From Peptococcaceae bacterium (lineage in GTDB: Bacteria; Bacillota; Peptococcia; DRI-13; UBA5745), in contig JAISDM010000173.1 of the NCBI GenBank assembly GCA_031264885.1, positions 1-35,229 on the forward strand: a stretch of DNA of 35,229 nt, written 5' to 3'. This document shows, in pieces, positions 33,087 through 35,229 of the stretch. The notes under the pieces were generated by a model, which did not search any database, was not told the DNA's origin, and worked only from the letters and a program-made list of their open reading frames with translations. The stretch's first letter is position 1; each line of letters begins with the position of its first letter. A program made the translations under genes and the position numbers.

Positions 33087-34481
33087 ATGTTCGTAGGCAG
33101 AGAATCCGAGCTGAACGCATTGAACAAACTCTATCATCGGAACAGCTTTCAATTTACGGTGATATACGGCAGGCGGCGCGTCGGCAAAACCACGCTGATC
33201 AACGAATTTTGCAAAGGCAAAAAAACAGTCTACTTTGTCGCCGTGGAATCCACCGCGAAAGAGAATCTGGAACTGCTGTCCCGGCAGATTTTGACCGCGC
33301 TGGCGCCCGGCGCGCCAAGAAACCCCTTCGGCTCATTTCGCGAAGCCATCGAATATGTTTTTGAACAAGCGAGAGACGAACGCGTCATTTTCGCCTTAGA
33401 CGAGTACCCATACCTGGCCGGGAGCGACCGGGCCGTTTCCTCCATTTTGCAGGCCGCCGTGGATCAGTATCACAGCGACAGCCGGTTATTTCTGATTCTG
33501 TGCGGCTCCTCCATGTCTTTTATGGAGAATCAGGTTCTCGGCTACAAAAGCCCGTTGTACGGCCGCCGGTCGTCACAATTGAAGCTGCTGCCCTTCGACT
33601 TCTTTGATTGTGCCCGGATGTTTCCGGGATTTGAACCGGAAGACAAAATCGTCCTCTACGGAATCACAGGCGGGATCCCGGAATATGCCTCCCGCGTTGA
33701 CGACACGCGTTCCGTGCGCGAGAACGCGCGGGAGCTGTTCTTTGACCCGTCCGGACGGTTGTTTGAAGAACCCTCAAACCTGCTGAAGCAGGAACTGAGA
33801 ATGCCGCAGACTTACAACGGCGTCATCACCGCCATCGCGTCAGGCAGCAGCCGTCTCAGCGAGATTGCCACCAAGACGGGGATCGAAACCAGCCAATGCA
33901 GCAATATGCTGGATACCCTCACCAGCCTCAGCCTTGTGCGCAAAGACATTCCTGTAACAGCGCAAAACTCCAAAAAAACCATTTACATCCTAGAGGATCA
34001 CATGTTCCGCTTCTGGCATCGCTTTGTCCTGCCGAACATCAGCCGTATCACAGCAGGGCTTGGAGACACCGTATGCGACGATGTTTTTGGAGAGCGGCTG
34101 AACACCTACACCGGTTACGTCTTTGAAGAATGTGCCAAGCAGTACATGTGGCGGCTGCCGGCCCGTAACGCCGCGCCGTTCCCTTTCCAGAGAATCGGCC
34201 GCTGGTGGGGAACGAACCGCAAAGAACGGCGCCAGGAAGAAATCGACTTCATCGCGTGTTCAGACACAGCGGCAATTTTTGGGGAATGTAAATGGCGCGG
34301 CGAAACCGTCGGGGAAGACACGCTGAATGAACTCGTCCGAAAATCAACCCTGCTGCCCCAGTTTGGCGAAAAATACTATATGCTGTTCGCGAAATCCGGT
34401 TTTACCCAAGCCCTCCGTAAGCGCGTAAGCAAGGATGAACACACGCGGCTGGTGACTCTGCCGGAAATGTTTGAAGCCTGA
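33087..34481 (+). CDS. ATP-binding protein, archaeal-ATPase-like P-loop domain + DUF234-type C-terminal domain
   Basis: 464 aa. The N-terminus FVGRESELNALNKLY is typical. Walker A is GRRRVGKT and Walker B is IFALDEYPYL. The C-terminus has a D...ExK signature (EEIDFIA...GECKW). Confidence 0.8.
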   Translation: MFVGRESELNALNKLYHRNSFQFTVIYGRRRVGKTTLINEFCKGKKTVYFVAVESTAKENLELLSRQILTALAPGAPRNPFGSFREAIEYVFEQARDERVIFALDEYPYLAGSDRAVSSILQAAVDQYHSDSRLFLILCGSSMSFMENQVLGYKSPLYGRRSSQLKLLPFDFFDCARMFPGFEPEDKIVLYGITGGIPEYASRVDDTRSVRENARELFFDPSGRLFEEPSNLLKQELRMPQTYNGVITAIASGSSRLSEIATKTGIETSQCSNMLDTLTSLSLVRKDIPVTAQNSKKTIYILEDHMFRFWHRFVLPNISRITAGLGDTVCDDVFGERLNTYTGYVFEECAKQYMWRLPARNAAPFPFQRIGRWWGTNRKERRQEEIDFIACSDTAAIFGECKWRGETVGEDTLNELVRKSTLLPQFGEKYYMLFAKSGFTQALRKRVSKDEHTRLVTLPEMFEA

Positions 34482-34503
34482 GCGGCGGCGCCTCTGACCC
34501 ACA

Positions 34504-35229
34504 TCACCGATATCCCCGCCGCGCTCCCGAATCATCACGCCGCGACCCCACAACCACATCATAGATCCGCTTGCCATCCCACTCGACCCACCCCATTCTG
34601 GTCGGCTGCGGGTTTTTATTGAAATCGAAGGTAAGCAAGTAACCTTCCGTCTTGTGCTTTGAGTCCAAATAACGGCACAGCTGATCATACGCTTCCTCAT
34701 GCTTCTTCCCGCCATGCCACAGCTTTAACTCTACGATGAACTGCTGGTCGAGATATTCCACAATCAAATCCATGCGCAAGGTGTTGCGCGTTTCCGTCTC
34801 AATGTGCAAAAAGCCCCGGCCATTGACAAACGGCTTAAGATATGTGTAAAACAGCATCCGGCATTCACGCTCAATAAAACCCTTGTCACGTTCGGCGTAC
34901 ATCTCGTAAAAATGCTGAGCAAACTTTTCAAGCGCGGCTTCCATGCTGAATTTGCCGCCGTCGATCACAGACTCCTTCACAACCGGACTGCGAAAAAGAT
35001 TGTTCACCAGAACATCAGCCGATAAAAAATCAGCGACTACCATTTCAAAAACCTCATTGGCAATCACCGTTTTGCCATCACGATTAGCGAGAATACCGTA
35101 CATAGCGCCAAGCTCCACCTCAGGCTGCCGTATGGAGAAAGGCACTTCCACGCCATCCATCAGTATCGCGTACACCAATTCCCTCAGTTTGCGATTGTTG
35201 AACACATTCTTAGAAATATCGTCAAACAG
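34504..35229 (-). CDS. C-terminal part of an AAA-ATPase-like / PD-(D/E)xK nuclease family protein (N-terminus beyond the window)
   Basis: The reading frame stays open upstream of the track start (LFDDISKN precedes the GTG at 35205) to the window edge. The nuclease-like motif is RMDLIVEYLDQQFIVELKLW (D...ExK). Confidence 0.75.
   Translation of the reverse strand: MFDDISKNVFNNRKLRELVYAILMDGVEVPFSIRQPEVELGAMYGILANRDGKTVIANEVFEMVVADFLSADVLVNNLFRSPVVKESVIDGGKFSMEAALEKFAQHFYEMYAERDKGFIERECRMLFYTYLKPFVNGRGFLHIETETRNTLRMDLIVEYLDQQFIVELKLWHGGKKHEEAYDQLCRYLDSKHKTEGYLLTFDFNKNPQPTRMGWVEWDGKRIYDVVVGSRRDDSGARRGYR

Overview
The window is GC-rich, almost fully coding, and looks like a Firmicutes/Clostridia chromosome. 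The evidence for that is the conserved ylxM-ffh-rpsP-KH-rimM-trmD-rplS-ylqF-rnhB-yraN block and GGAGG-type ribosome-binding sites. Most genes are on the minus strand.

**Left part (1-14.9 kb).** Two tandem MFS transporters are followed by one long co-directional accessory catabolic locus. Its order is: MocR-type regulator, BcrAD/BadFG ATPase, small BCR/HAD-family subunit, a 300-bp repeat-filled gap, a second divergent ATPase, large BCR/HAD-family subunit, Pct-type CoA-transferase, MFS, VOC protein, Zn-ADH, split transketolase.

**Middle (15-25.8 kb).** This part is housekeeping: PPi-type phosphofructokinase, Sir2 deacylase, CopZ, the SRP/ribosomal operon and gltX. It is interrupted by a lower-GC Uma2 nuclease gene.

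**Right part (25.8-35.2 kb).** It holds a hemerythrin-CheX fusion, a PEBP lipoprotein, a translationally coupled pair (CrtI-like flavoenzyme plus FNR/2Fe-2S reductase) and an Fe-S aldo/keto reductase. A small island of NTPase/nuclease-type genes follows: an HTH-GHKL-STAS-like fusion, a DUF234-type ATPase and a AAA-ATPase-like/PD-(D/E)xK protein.

**Main candidates.** A modular palindromic GC-rich repeat family occupies seven intergenic loci. It creates several false ORFs and false N-terminal extensions in the ORF track. The most likely undescribed system is the four-gene BCR/HAD-family radical-enzyme module with two different ATPases. The NTPase island and the repeat family come next. No rRNA, tRNA, CRISPR array or transposase gene was seen. 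All homology calls come from reading motifs by eye. No database search was run.
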